Source of the DNA: a virus | Lineage: Duplodnaviria > Caudoviricetes | Virus record (IMG/VR): IMGVR_UViG_3300028569_000039 | Span: 1 to 61,329 of that record | DNA: 61,329 bases | Reading direction: 5' to 3' (one strand) | In this document: piece by piece, positions 1 through 8,474 of the stretch | How positions within the stretch are numbered: position 1 is the stretch's first letter | How the letters are laid out: each line of letters starts with the position of its first letter | The notes under the pieces: model-generated | The model's database searches: none | Told to the model about the DNA's origin: nothing | Seen by the model: only the letters and a program-made list of their open reading frames with translations | Translations under genes and position numbers: made by a program

Positions 1-163
1 GACGTTATTTAAACCAGCTGCAATGCCTTTAGATCCGCTTGTATCGTACGGATACAATGTGATTGAGGCACGACCATAGCAACCTGAGTAAAACTCGCTG
101 GTGTCAATGATTGGGTTCAAGTCTGCGTCCACAATGCCAGGCTTTTCGTTAGAGCTAGCGTTG
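1..163. repeat. Terminal overlap with 61167..61329 (circular assembly)
   Basis: Identical for 126 bp, then mismatches at 127, 130, 139 and 148. Confidence 0.95.
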
Positions 164-453
164 ATGAAATAGTGACCAGCGTATGCTGCGTCTTCTTTCT
201 CTGCGTCGCCGTCACGTAGGCCGCCCTTGAGTACCTTTGGAATCGAGCCGCCCCATACTGCTGCGTTGGCTGTCTTGGTCTCCTCAAATGCTTTCTTAAA
301 GCGTGTAACTGTCTCTATGTCAGACTTTGGGATCAAGATTGATACCGAGTACTTTAACACGCCGTTAGGTGTCTCAGCTGGCTGGAACACGTTAGCGTAA
401 GAGAAACGTACCTTGCCGGTTACAAACTTGGTCTTGGTTGATTTTGTTGCCAT
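1..453 (-). CDS. DUF2815-family ssDNA-binding protein, N-terminal part (continues across the contig junction to 61101)
   Basis: Manual translation from ATG at 453: MATKSTKTKFVTGKVRFSYANVFQP...KYSVSILIPK...LRDGD. AAGGA RBS upstream. Confidence 0.85.
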   Translation of the reverse strand, partial: MATKSTKTKFVTGKVRFSYANVFQPAETPNGVLKYSVSILIPKSDIETVTRFKKAFEETKTANAAVWGGSIPKVLKGGLRDGDAEKEDAAYAGHYFINASSNEKPGIVDADLNPIIDTSEFYSGCYGRASITLYPYDTSGSKGIAAGLNNV

Positions 454-525
454 GATGATATTTCCTTTTTAACATTAAGATTGGTCTTCAATAGGGGCCA
501 ATCTATCTACCCTTTGTTGCTATAT

Positions 526-538
526 ATAATAATACAAA
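526..538 (-). promoter_or_regulatory. Phage promoter core TTTGTATTATTAT, class without GGGCG box (SSB)
   Basis: 13-mer recurring 14 times, always oriented towards a nearby gene start. Confidence 0.75.
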
Positions 539-573
539 AAACGTGACATTTGCTGTTCCACAATGTGAGATAG

Positions 574-831
574 TTAGGCGTCGTAAAAAATGCCCAGCTT
601 GCTCATTGCCTCCCGCATCGCCATCGCCTGGATAAAGTCTTGCATGTAATCTCTTTCCTCCAGTAGTTCAGGCTCTTCTGTCAGTATATCTAAGATCTCT
701 TCTATTGATTCTCTCAGCTGGTGCACACTTTCTCTTGCGCCGCTGCCGGGTAGAGAGTCAAAGTCTTTTGCGAACTTATCAATCAACAGGTCTGGAATTT
801 CTATCTCCACCCCGTAGCACTCTACCTTCAT
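574..831 (-). CDS. Hypothetical acidic protein
   Basis: ORF track, GGAG RBS, operon packing. Confidence 0.7.
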   Translation of the reverse strand: MKVECYGVEIEIPDLLIDKFAKDFDSLPGSGARESVHQLRESIEEILDILTEEPELLEERDYMQDFIQAMAMREAMSKLGIFYDA

Positions 832-839
832 ACCGTCTC

Positions 840-983
840 CTATTTAGCCACGATTACCAATCCCACGTTACCTAGTGCGTAGCCTAAGAACATAATACCC
901 TGGCCGACGCCACCCTTCATAAACTGGTCGATGGCCACCGCAAAGTAGACCACCCCGATAATTCCGATTAACCATGAGCTCAT
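840..983 (-). CDS. Small two-helix membrane protein (47 aa, not in ORF track)
   Basis: MSSWLIGISGVVYFAVAIDQFMKGGVGQGIMFLGYALGNVGLVIVAK. ATGA overlap with the upstream stop. Confidence 0.7.
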   Translation of the reverse strand: MSSWLIGIIGVVYFAVAIDQFMKGGVGQGIMFLGYALGNVGLVIVAK

Positions 984-2113
984 GCAAAGTCCTCCTTGGC
1001 GTTTTCTTTTACCTTGACCAGCTTTGGTTCACCGTCTGGTCGCAGCACTAAGTCACCTAGCCATGCCGTTACCTGGCCCTTTGGTCCTAGCTTCTCCAGT
1101 GTCGCTATGGATTTGAGCTTAGGAGGCTCCCAAATAACTTCTGGGCTCATACCCTTCTCGACTAAAACAACGGCCGCTAAGGCGCTGTCTGAGATCTTAC
1201 GATGGGTCTTTGTGGTGGCTAGCTTGTACCCCGGTGGGATAACCCCCTGGTCTACTGCCCGGCTAAGTGCAAAGTCTTCTACGTCATTAGCCCACGTACG
1301 TAACTGCTGCGCTTTCTCTAAGACTTGGCTGACTTCTTCTTCGGAGAGGAGGGCTGGGGCTTTGAACTCTTGGCGCGCAAGCTCTGTGTTGTAATCAGAG
1401 CGAGCTCGACATTGCGCTTTCGCGCGGCAGAACTGGCACCATTCGCCCGGGAGAAACTCCCCCGATCCACTCCATGCCTTTTTAGCTTTTGGCTTGACGT
1501 AGTAAACGGCCCAGTCGACCAGCTTAGCAACCGTAGTCCCGTCAGTTGATATGCTGTCCAGGCGAGGCTGGTGGATCGTGTAGGAAACTTCTTTAATATC
1601 TGGATATTCTTCTTTAAACTTTGACCATGCTCCGAGAGCGTAAAGTCGGAGCTGTGTGTTGTCGATCGCAGACACGGGAATCCCCTTGCCGAATTTGAGG
1701 TCAATGACGCGAATGGCGTGCTTAGAAAGAATAACCACATCGGCTGTACCAAAGCCGTCAGGAACCCAGTCAGAGAAGTCCACGCGCTGCTCAAAAAGCG
1801 GGGTGTCTCCGTCACCGATTTGAGAGCGGACGTATAGAACGTAACTATCGACGTGAGCCTCGAAATCGTCGTTGTAGTAGGGTGTGTTTTTAATGATTTC
1901 ATATTCTCTTTCATACTCCTCTATTCCAATTTGTCCATAATAGTGTCTTAGTTTAGCTTCTGCCAGGGAGTGCGCCATGGTGCCTTCTTGAGAGAAGTCA
2001 AAGGCGCCGGCGCCGCGTTTTAATTCTGGTAGGGTTGCCTCTAGTTTGGCACTTGGAGTACAGGACAGCCACCTCTTACTACCCGAGGCGCTTAAGAGTG
2101 CGTGTGCGGTCAT
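980..2113 (-). CDS. DUF2800-family PD-(D/E)xK (Cas4/RecB-like) nuclease
   Basis: HALLSASGSKRWLSC N-terminus, GTAD...IDLKFG, QLRLYALG, CQFCRAKAQC Cys cluster. Confidence 0.85.
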   Translation of the reverse strand: MTAHALLSASGSKRWLSCTPSAKLEATLPELKRGAGAFDFSQEGTMAHSLAEAKLRHYYGQIGIEEYEREYEIIKNTPYYNDDFEAHVDSYVLYVRSQIGDGDTPLFEQRVDFSDWVPDGFGTADVVILSKHAIRVIDLKFGKGIPVSAIDNTQLRLYALGAWSKFKEEYPDIKEVSYTIHQPRLDSISTDGTTVAKLVDWAVYYVKPKAKKAWSGSGEFLPGEWCQFCRAKAQCRARSDYNTELARQEFKAPALLSEEEVSQVLEKAQQLRTWANDVEDFALSRAVDQGVIPPGYKLATTKTHRKISDSALAAVVLVEKGMSPEVIWEPPKLKSIATLEKLGPKGQVTAWLGDLVLRPDGEPKLVKVKENAKEDFA

Positions 2114-2144
2114 TTTAGCCTTTTTAGTCTGTTTAATCGTATAT

Positions 2145-2157
2145 ATAATAATACAAA
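2145..2157 (-). promoter_or_regulatory. Phage promoter core, class without GGGCG (DUF2800)
   Basis: TTTGTATTATTAT on the minus strand, about 30 bp before the ATG. Confidence 0.75.
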
Positions 2158-2184
2158 AAAGGGGGTCATTTCTGACCCCCTTTT
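2155..2184 (-). terminator. Intrinsic terminator (possibly bidirectional)
   Basis: GGGGGTCA-4nt-TGACCCCC hairpin flanked by A6 and T4. Confidence 0.75.
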
Positions 2185-2208
2185 GGGAAAAAGTGAAAAT
2201 AAATATTG

Positions 2209-2604
2209 TTACGTTTTTAGGGCGGCTATCAAATCGCCAATTTCTTTGTTAAAATCCACCGAGATCTCTGTTTTAATGTCCGCTTTAATTTCTCTTGTTT
2301 CTTTGTAATCTCCGGCATGCTGGCCTCGCAATGCAATTTCGATTAATCGGGAATTAAAGTTTTTGTTTTCCACGTTGGCCAACATTAAACGCTCATAAAA
2401 TGCTTGACTATGTACCAACGCTAAATCAAGAGCTTCAGCAAACTCTGGATACTTCTCTTTATACGAGGCGGCTGTGGCCTTGGAGATACCTAACGTACTC
2501 CAAATAATTTTTTGTGACGCACCTTCCTTGCCCAGCTCAATCATAGTCTGGCACATGGATGGATCGTATTTTGACTTTGGTACTGACGGTTTTTTAGCTA
2601 CCAC
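2209..2604 (-). CDS. HTH protein resembling a terminase small subunit (probable GTG start at 2604)
   Basis: SKYDPSMCQTMIELGKEGAS...LGISKAT...KYPEFAEAL pattern typical of P22 gp3-like TerS. GAGG RBS before the GTG. Confidence 0.55.
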   Translation of the reverse strand: MVAKKPSVPKSKYDPSMCQTMIELGKEGASQKIIWSTLGISKATAASYKEKYPEFAEALDLALVHSQAFYERLMLANVENKNFNSRLIEIALRGQHAGDYKETREIKADIKTEISVDFNKEIGDLIAALKT

Positions 2605-2860
2605 ATTTCCACCTCTTGAGTGCTGCTGCTTTTCTTGTTGGTTTACCGTTTTCATCTTTCATCGGGCCTTTCACACCAGACATACGAGCACAGAACGAAT
2701 CCTTACGCGCGCCACCTTCTGGCTGCGGCGCCTTGAGATTTGACCCGGTAGCTGCATTGTACTTACGGCGCCCTTTTTCTGTCAGACCAGCACCCTTGGA
2801 GGCTGGTAACTTCTCGCCGCGGCCAATCGCAAGGGAGGGAGCTTTCTTTGTAGTTGCCAT
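2594..2860 (-). CDS. Small basic phage protein (RKDSFCARM family)
   Basis: K/R-rich ORF with GLTEKGR...RKDSFCARM...ALKRWKC motifs. Translationally coupled. Confidence 0.7.
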   Translation of the reverse strand: MATTKKAPSLAIGRGEKLPASKGAGLTEKGRRKYNAATGSNLKAPQPEGGARKDSFCARMSGVKGPMKDENGKPTRKAAALKRWKCGS

Positions 2861-3153
2861 TACTTCTTTGCTTTACCGCGCTTAACTTTGCCGCCTTTTT
2901 TAAGGAGATCTAAGTTGCCACGGGGGCGTGTTGGCGCAGGATTTACTGGAACATTTTCACCATCAATATTTCTTGTTCTTGGCTTGGTCGAACCAAAATG
3001 ACTTGGCATTTCAACTGGTGGGTTTCTTAAAGTATTTTTACCGTCAACAATCATTGTTCTTGGCTTGGTCGAACCAAAATGACTTGGCATTTCAACTGGT
3101 TCAGATGTGCTACCACCAGCGGCCATCTTAGGCATCTTCTTAAAGTCTTTCAT
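2860..3153 (-). CDS. Small basic protein with duplicated PVEMPSHFGSTKPRT and AxGG/KKGG motifs
   Basis: 47-bp direct repeat at 2973..3019 and 3054..3100. Confidence 0.7.
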   Translation of the reverse strand: MKDFKKMPKMAAGGSTSEPVEMPSHFGSTKPRTMIVDGKNTLRNPPVEMPSHFGSTKPRTRNIDGENVPVNPAPTRPRGNLDLLKKGGKVKRGKAKK

Positions 3154-3305
3154 TTCTTTACCTTTGCTGTTTTAGCGGATTGTTTGAATGCCTTGGCTGT
3201 GGGCGCGCCCTTGGCACCAGGCTTACGCATCTTCTCGCCGCTGCCGGCCTTGATGCGCTCTTGTTTAGCATGAATATTACTGTACAATCCGGGTTTAGTT
3301 GCCAT
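3150..3305 (-). CDS. Small basic protein, 51 aa (not in ORF track)
   Basis: MATKPGLYSNIHAKQERIKAGSGEKMRKPGAKGAPTAKAFKQSAKTAKVKK. ATGA overlap with the next gene. Confidence 0.75.
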   Translation of the reverse strand: MATKPGLYSNIHAKQERIKAGSGEKMRKPGAKGAPTAKAFKQSAKTAKVKK

Positions 3306-3413
3306 AGTTTACTTTGTTATTAGTTGTGAATTTACTTTGTTATTGGTGCGCCTGGATCCCATCCAGTTAACTTGATCTTACTCTACCAAGCGCTTGGTGC
3401 CAAGAAACTAATA

Positions 3414-3558
3414 CCAATACAGCTACGTTCTATGAAAGACCCTAGAAATCTATCCGCCTCGGGTTTCCAAGGTTACCCGACCTCGATGTGGCATAGGCCG
3501 AGAATCCCCAGCTGTTGCTCATCCGTGTATCAGACGTTTAAGAACGTATGTGTATTGG
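3414..3558 (-). ncRNA. Candidate multi-stem structured RNA
   Basis: Closing stems CCAATAC/GTATTGG and ACGTTCT/AGAACGT, plus three internal hairpins, in an intergenic gap. Confidence 0.45.
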
Positions 3559-3580
3559 CCCGGTTGCCCGGGCTTGCTGC

Positions 3581-3838
3581 TTAAAACGCGATGCCGATAC
3601 CGTTAACGCGCTTAACAATCTTGGTTAATTCGCGCTCGTTGGCGTCACTAACAAACTTATTGATCTCGACTGCCTTCTCGATCACCTCTTCCACGGTTGG
3701 GAATTTGGGTGCTAGTTCGGCGAAATCTTTGGTTGTCTTGTCCAGCGCGTCAAACGCGGCTAGGTTGGCTTTGTACTGCTGCTCTAAAAAGTCTTTAGCA
3801 GTCTGGAATACAGAATACCGCAGCTCAAAAGGGTTCAT
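3581..3838 (-). CDS. Hypothetical protein
   Basis: AGGAG RBS. Lies downstream of a GGGCG-class promoter. Confidence 0.75.
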   Translation of the reverse strand: MNPFELRYSVFQTAKDFLEQQYKANLAAFDALDKTTKDFAELAPKFPTVEEVIEKAVEINKFVSDANERELTKIVKRVNGIGIAF

Positions 3839-3914
3839 TGTAAATCTCCTGTGTGTATGATGTGTGTAGGTGGGTGGTCAGGGCGCCTCCCGGCGAGCCT
3901 TACTGTCCCTATAT

Positions 3915-3946
3915 ATAATAATACAAAAATCCGCCTAAATCCGCCC
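3915..3946 (-). promoter_or_regulatory. Phage promoter GGGCG-N14-TTTGTATTATTAT
   Basis: Exact bipartite consensus. Confidence 0.8.
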
Positions 3947-4171
3947 TTACTTGTCGTCCGGTATGATAATCGTCTTCTGAGGGGCTTGGGGCGTGGCCCC
4001 GTGCTCCTTACGGTACTTTAGGGCGTCGTTTAAAATCATCTTGGTCATAGCCAGGGCCTTTTCCTGGTGCTCTTGTTCCATTTGGGCGTTGGTCTTGGCC
4101 GTCTTTTTCTCTACTTCCTTGATGATGTTGTTACTGATCCCAGCGTGTTTAAGAAGCTGCTTTAGATTCAT
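3947..4171 (-). CDS. Hypothetical protein
   Basis: ORF track, operon packing. Confidence 0.65.
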   Translation of the reverse strand: MNLKQLLKHAGISNNIIKEVEKKTAKTNAQMEQEHQEKALAMTKMILNDALKYRKEHGATPQAPQKTIIIPDDK

Positions 4172-4388
4172 CTTGTGCCTTTGCTACAGCCGCCAAGCTC
4201 TCCTGTGCCTTAAGTACTTGAGGACCTGCTTGCTGTTGGATCATGTTAATAAACGCCACCAAGGTTGTCGCTGGTACCTGGTTGGGTGTGTTTAGGATGT
4301 TTAGCAACGCATTAATTTCTTTCACCGCAAACTCCAGGGTTACTGCAAAGTCATCTACTGATGGTACCGGGTTATCTACTTCACTCAT
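4149..4388 (-). CDS. Hypothetical protein
   Basis: ORF track, coupled start. Confidence 0.65.
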   Translation of the reverse strand: MSEVDNPVPSVDDFAVTLEFAVKEINALLNILNTPNQVPATTLVAFINMIQQQAGPQVLKAQESLAAVAKAQDESKAAS

Positions 4389-4693
4389 TTTTTACTTCCT
4401 TTCTTTTTTGTTGTAAATGCTTCAGTTTTAAAATTGTTAAAAAACGCTTCTCTTTGTGCCAACTTAACTGGGTCGGTGCAGTACTGATCCAGCTCAAACT
4501 TGCGCTTGTAGGTGTCGTACAGTTTTTCCATACGCAGCTCAAGCATGCACCTAATACCCTCCATGTGGTTAAACGTTTCGTCTACCGTCATTACTCTTTC
4601 GCCATCATAGTAGGCTTCTGAGAACAACTTCAAATCATCAGCCGTACTCCAGACTGTCATGATGGCCTGCTCTAAATCTATTTTTTCGTTCAT
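4385..4693 (-). CDS. Hypothetical protein
   Basis: ORF track, ATGA overlaps. Confidence 0.7.
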   Translation of the reverse strand: MNEKIDLEQAIMTVWSTADDLKLFSEAYYDGERVMTVDETFNHMEGIRCMLELRMEKLYDTYKRKFELDQYCTDPVKLAQREAFFNNFKTEAFTTKKKGSKK

Positions 4694-4920
4694 TTGATGC
4701 CTACCTTTTCTCTAAACTGCCACACAAACCAGCTACCCACTACCTCAAGCGCCTGCATATACTTTGTCATGTCCTCAATGTCTTCTAGCTGGTAGTCCTT
4801 TGGCTTCTTGAGCTTTTTAAGCGCGGCTATTTGTTGCTTAACACCGTGGTACGACTCAATTAACGCCTCCTCTACGATTGCGTCTATAAACTCGTCTGGT
4901 ACATCCATCGTCATGTTCAT
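4690..4920 (-). CDS. Hypothetical protein
   Basis: ORF track, ATGA overlaps. Confidence 0.65.
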   Translation of the reverse strand: MNMTMDVPDEFIDAIVEEALIESYHGVKQQIAALKKLKKPKDYQLEDIEDMTKYMQALEVVGSWFVWQFREKVGIK

Positions 4921-5105
4921 ACTTGCATCTCCTTGTTAAACACCATGCACTGTGACGCTGCTAGTGTTACCTCTGGTTTGAATGGTAGTGCCTGAAATTG
5001 TTGCCTAATCTTTTGGCACTCCGCTTGTGGCATGGCGTGCTTGCTTGACATAAAGTCACAGTTCATGCCGATGCAGACTACTGATACAAAAATAAATGAC
5101 ATCAT
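4917..5105 (-). CDS. Small Cys-containing, possibly secreted protein
   Basis: Hydrophobic N-terminus, four Cys, coupled. Confidence 0.55.
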   Translation of the reverse strand: MMSFIFVSVVCIGMNCDFMSSKHAMPQAECQKIRQQFQALPFKPEVTLAASQCMVFNKEMQV

Positions 5106-5311
5106 GTTTTCTGCTCCCGTTTAGCTATTTCACGTTCGATATACCACTTGGCCTTCTTTAAATCCTCTACTGCGTCCCGCTTTAAGTCACATCGCCAGAT
5201 GTACTTTAACGCGTTACCTAAATTAAACCCCATGTGCTCCGTGATCTGTATGCACTCCACGCCACTGGGGTGGTCTGTGTAGTGCTTAGGATGGTTGACC
5301 GGATCGTGCAT
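5102..5311 (-). CDS. DUF3310-family (SaV-like) protein
   Basis: DPVNHPKHY...GVECI...FNLGNALKYIWR...EDLKKAKWYI signature. Confidence 0.85.
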   Translation of the reverse strand: MHDPVNHPKHYTDHPSGVECIQITEHMGFNLGNALKYIWRCDLKRDAVEDLKKAKWYIEREIAKREQKT

Positions 5312-5480
5312 TCCTCATCTCCTTTACCTTGTTTTCTATGACGTCTCGCTCTTCCTTACTGTCACAAATCCAGACACCTAGTAGGTTCTCGTATGCGTTG
5401 ATGTCAATGTCTTCTACGCCGGCGATCGTCTCCATAATGTACTTGCCGTTGTAGTTGTGCTCCACAATAAAGTAAGTCAT
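5286..5480 (-). CDS. Hypothetical protein
   Basis: ORF track, coupled. Confidence 0.6.
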   Translation of the reverse strand: MTYFIVEHNYNGKYIMETIAGVEDIDINAYENLLGVWICDSKEERDVIENKVKEMRNARSGQPS

Positions 5481-5797
5481 AGCTTGAGCTCCTTCTTAAT
5501 AAAATCTACCCCCTTAGCAAAGTGGTAGCGCCAGTGTTTCTCTGTAACGCCGAGATCAGAGTAAGACATGCCGTCTAAGAAACCCTCGATAACGAAGCGC
5601 TGCTTTACCGGCATGCGCTCCTCTATCAGCCTTCTTATGTCGTCAATGTCTTCCTGATCCCATGGCTGCCAGCCCTCGACTACCTGATTTGATACATTGT
5701 CCGACTCATCCTGCTCGATTGGGTCAATGTCCTCGTCAGATAGCCTGGGGGCTATGGCGTTCAGTTTATGTTTTAGTTTTGTTCTTTTTGCGGTCAT
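5477..5797 (-). CDS. Stand-alone sigma-70 region-4-like HTH protein
   Basis: Acidic linker then IRRLIEERMPVKQRFVIEGFLDGMSYSDLGVTEKHWRYHFAKG. Resembles the region-4 pattern LPxxQRxVI...GxSYxEI...GVS. Confidence 0.55.
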   Translation of the reverse strand: MTAKRTKLKHKLNAIAPRLSDEDIDPIEQDESDNVSNQVVEGWQPWDQEDIDDIRRLIEERMPVKQRFVIEGFLDGMSYSDLGVTEKHWRYHFAKGVDFIKKELKL

Positions 5798-5799
5798 GC

Positions 5800-7146
5800 T
5801 TATAATAATACAAAATTCAGTGCGTTTAGAAGGGCGTCTTGCAAATTTATTTTTCCGTCCAGTACCTTGACCACCTGCTCGTCGATACTCTTGGCCACGG
5901 TCAGGTGATGTATGATAACCGGTTTTTCCTGCCCCTGGCGGTAGATCCTAGCATTGGCCTGGATGTAGTTCTCTGAGCTCCATGGTAGATCGAACCACAC
6001 TGTCTGTGCTGTGTCTCCAACGTTGCACTGAAGATTAAGCCCGATTCCGCCGCTTTGCGGGTGGGCAAGGAGCATACGAATCTCGCCACGACGCCACGCC
6101 TCAATGTTGTCATCGTCCAGCACCACCGCCTCTGGGAACTGAAGACGTATTCGTTGGAGCGAATGCTTGAAATGATAGAAGACAAGCGTGGGACTTGAAG
6201 ATTCTTCCATGATCGACTCAAGGCATTCCAGTTTAGCGCGGTGTACTTCTTGTGCCTCTCCTGTTTCATTGTAGATCGCGCCTGATGTGAACTGGAGCAG
6301 CTTGTTCGCCAGTGCCGCTGCTGTTGGAGCTGTGATCTTTTCTTTCTTGACTTCAATGACCATGTCTTTTCTAAGCTGCTCATACTTACTCCTTACGTTT
6401 TTGTCGATCTCAATTTGGTGATATAGCGACGTACAACTAGGCAGCTGTAAGAAATCCTCAGCCTTAAGACTAAAGCAAATATCAGAAATTTTATTGTTAA
6501 TGACTTCATTGCATCCCTCTTTTAGTTTCCAGCTATATACAACCCTGGTTTGCCGGTTCATTTGATCCGGCGTCATGTACTTATCCCTGAACCGGGTCAA
6601 AGACGTCTCCAAACGCTCTCCTAAGTCCAATATACCCACCTGTGACCAGAGATCTTGCATGCCCTGAGGGGTAGGTGTACCTGTGAGGATTAAACGCCGT
6701 GAGAAGCCCTTTAAATGCTTCTTGAGTGCCTTAAAACGCTTGGTGCTCGGATCCTTAAACCGGCTGCTCTCATCTATTACTAAGTTAGTAAACACTAACT
6801 TAAATGGGGCGTCGTTAAAGAGCCATGCCACATTCTCCAGATTGATCAGGTAAATGTCCGCATGGGTTTTTAGCCCGACAATGCGCTGAAGGGGGTTGCC
6901 CATGATCTTGGCCACTTTAAGGTGTCTTAGATGTTCCCACTTCTTGACCTCCGCGTCCCATACCGTCTCCGCTACTCGCTTGGGTGCTATGATCAGCGTC
7001 TTGCCCTGAAACTGTTCCGCTATGATTGTCAGGGTCGTCGCTGTCTTCCCAAGTCCAGGGGGTAGAAACAGACCCAAGTTCGGCACCGACAGCGCCCGGG
7101 ATATGATCTCCTGTTGATATTGGTGTAGCTGCGAGCGCTTTAACAT
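5800..7146 (-). CDS. SNF2-family (SF2) helicase
   Basis: PGLGKT Walker A, IDESS, LTGTP, GIGLNLQ, QANARIYRQGQ. Confidence 0.9.
   Translation of the reverse strand: MLKRSQLHQYQQEIISRALSVPNLGLFLPPGLGKTATTLTIIAEQFQGKTLIIAPKRVAETVWDAEVKKWEHLRHLKVAKIMGNPLQRIVGLKTHADIYLINLENVAWLFNDAPFKLVFTNLVIDESSRFKDPSTKRFKALKKHLKGFSRRLILTGTPTPQGMQDLWSQVGILDLGERLETSLTRFRDKYMTPDQMNRQTRVVYSWKLKEGCNEVINNKISDICFSLKAEDFLQLPSCTSLYHQIEIDKNVRSKYEQLRKDMVIEVKKEKITAPTAAALANKLLQFTSGAIYNETGEAQEVHRAKLECLESIMEESSSPTLVFYHFKHSLQRIRLQFPEAVVLDDDNIEAWRRGEIRMLLAHPQSGGIGLNLQCNVGDTAQTVWFDLPWSSENYIQANARIYRQGQEKPVIIHHLTVAKSIDEQVVKVLDGKINLQDALLNALNFVLL
5802..5814 (-). promoter_or_regulatory. Phage promoter core without GGGCG, 4 nt before the ATG of the sigma4-like gene
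   Basis: TTTGTATTATTATAAGCATG on the minus strand, embedded in the helicase 3' end. Confidence 0.7.
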
Positions 7147-7612
7147 TTTCTTTTACTCTCTTTGTTATTTCGTGTTGCCAATCGGCGACTGCGTACAAAT
7201 CTTTTGCCTCAAACTCGGCCTTAATTCGATTGGCCTTGTCGGATATAAAAACCACGTTACCTCTTACGTAGCCCAGCGCCGGAATTATTCTGTCTAGTGA
7301 CGGGCTGTAAATGTTCTTACCGGCGCCAAGGTTTCCCCATGTCATAGATACATTAAAGATGGGGCAGTTTTCAGTGTAGATTGATCTAAGATACTTCACG
7401 TCTAAATTAAACGGGAGATTCTTTTCTTTGGCACGACGGCGCGAACTTTGAAATGCCTTCTCAAGCGTAAACCAAATCGGATCAGCCCAGCGCTCAGGAA
7501 AAAATCCATTGCGTTTAAGTTTTTGTTTTTCGTAGCCATAAAATACCCAGCCGTCTTCGCGATACTCGCCGCGCTCAAATGGTTTTCCTGTGTTAGGATT
7601 TAGTCGCTTCAT
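6917..7612 (-). CDS. HNH-like (His-Me finger) endonuclease, C-terminus overlapping the helicase
   Basis: CPIF...SPSLDRIIPALGYVRGNVVFISDKANRIK. Confidence 0.7.
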   Translation of the reverse strand: MKRLNPNTGKPFERGEYREDGWVFYGYEKQKLKRNGFFPERWADPIWFTLEKAFQSSRRRAKEKNLPFNLDVKYLRSIYTENCPIFNVSMTWGNLGAGKNIYSPSLDRIIPALGYVRGNVVFISDKANRIKAEFEAKDLYAVADWQHEITKRVKENVKALAATPISTGDHIPGAVGAELGSVSTPWTWEDSDDPDNHSGTVSGQDADHSTQASSGDGMGRGGQEVGTSKTP

Positions 7613-7868
7613 TTATAAACTCCTGTATGTCGTCGTGACTTCGTAGTACATAAACCGGAAAGCCGGCCTCACCTAGCTCGTCAAAGACGTGGATCTGCCT
7701 TGGCGATAGGACTCCAGTTGCTGTCTTCAGCTCCACGAGGTGTGCTTTCTCGTTTAGGAATACTATCCTGTCCGGCACCCCCGTCACGCTTGAGATCCAC
7801 TTGTACGTCAGACCCCCGCTTTCCTTTACCCGTTTTATCAGATACTTTTCTATTTGTTTTTCGAGCAT
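7593..7868 (-). CDS. VRR-NUC nuclease
   Basis: EKQIE...GVPDRIV...VELK...LSPRQ, adjacent to the SNF2 helicase. Confidence 0.85.
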   Translation of the reverse strand: MLEKQIEKYLIKRVKESGGLTYKWISSVTGVPDRIVFLNEKAHLVELKTATGVLSPRQIHVFDELGEAGFPVYVLRSHDDIQEFINEATKS

Positions 7869-8259
7869 TCTTTTCTTTCTCGTGTTCGTATATTTTAAAT
7901 ATCTGACTTACCAGCGAGCCTGTAAGGTATGCGCGGGTCTCGCCGCCGATGCCGTCCTCTTCGCCGATAAACTCTGCGAGGTGATCAATGGCGTGGCTAA
8001 CCTCGTGCGCTATCGTATCAAATTTCTCAGGCACCGTCTCACCAATCTCTGCTAGGTTAAACACTAGGATGATGATGCCCTGTTTGCCATCGCCGATTTG
8101 GTGTGTCTCTGCACAGCCGGTGTCCAGGGCGCTGGCCTTGAGTGTGATGCCGTGGTCTTTGAGGATCTGCTGGAATACCTTATCGTCAAAGCATAGCTTC
8201 ATCACGTCAGGATAAAATCCCACGTTGAGCTTGTAGTAGTCGTACTTTTTAGGTTTCAT
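7681..8259 (-). CDS. HExxH-motif protein (putative metallopeptidase fold)
   Basis: IAHEVSHAIDH...ETRAYL. Confidence 0.55.
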   Translation of the reverse strand: MKPKKYDYYKLNVGFYPDVMKLCFDDKVFQQILKDHGITLKASALDTGCAETHQIGDGKQGIIILVFNLAEIGETVPEKFDTIAHEVSHAIDHLAEFIGEEDGIGGETRAYLTGSLVSQIFKIYEHEKEKNARKTNRKVSDKTGKGKRGSDVQVDLKRDGGAGQDSIPKRESTPRGAEDSNWSPIAKADPRL

Positions 8260-8474
8260 TAGTGCCTTGTGTTTTTAGGTCGGTTAAGGCGCTCGTAAAT
8301 CTCAGCACGCTCTTCGTCGTCTAGCTCGTCGATTGGGATGGCCTCCTCGAAGATCTCGCCGGTCTCTACTAGCTGCGTAATGCCGCGCATCAAGTCCGCT
8401 AGCTCGTCGGGTGTTAGGTCGAGCTCATCAGCCCAACCCTCGTCAAACTCTACTGTCTTTTTCTTCTTAGTCAT
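8259..8474 (-). CDS. Hypothetical acidic protein
   Basis: ORF track. Confidence 0.6.
   Translation of the reverse strand: MTKKKKTVEFDEGWADELDLTPDELADLMRGITQLVETGEIFEEAIPIDELDDEERAEIYERLNRPKNTRH

Noticed and set aside
1-163. Biological direct terminal repeat
   Set aside because: It lies inside a CDS, consistent with an assembly overlap. Physical ends are more plausibly near 18.1-18.9 kb.
3343-3395. tRNA gene
   Set aside because: Has an acceptor-like stem and ACCA end but is too short and lacks a TTC T-loop and anticodon arm.
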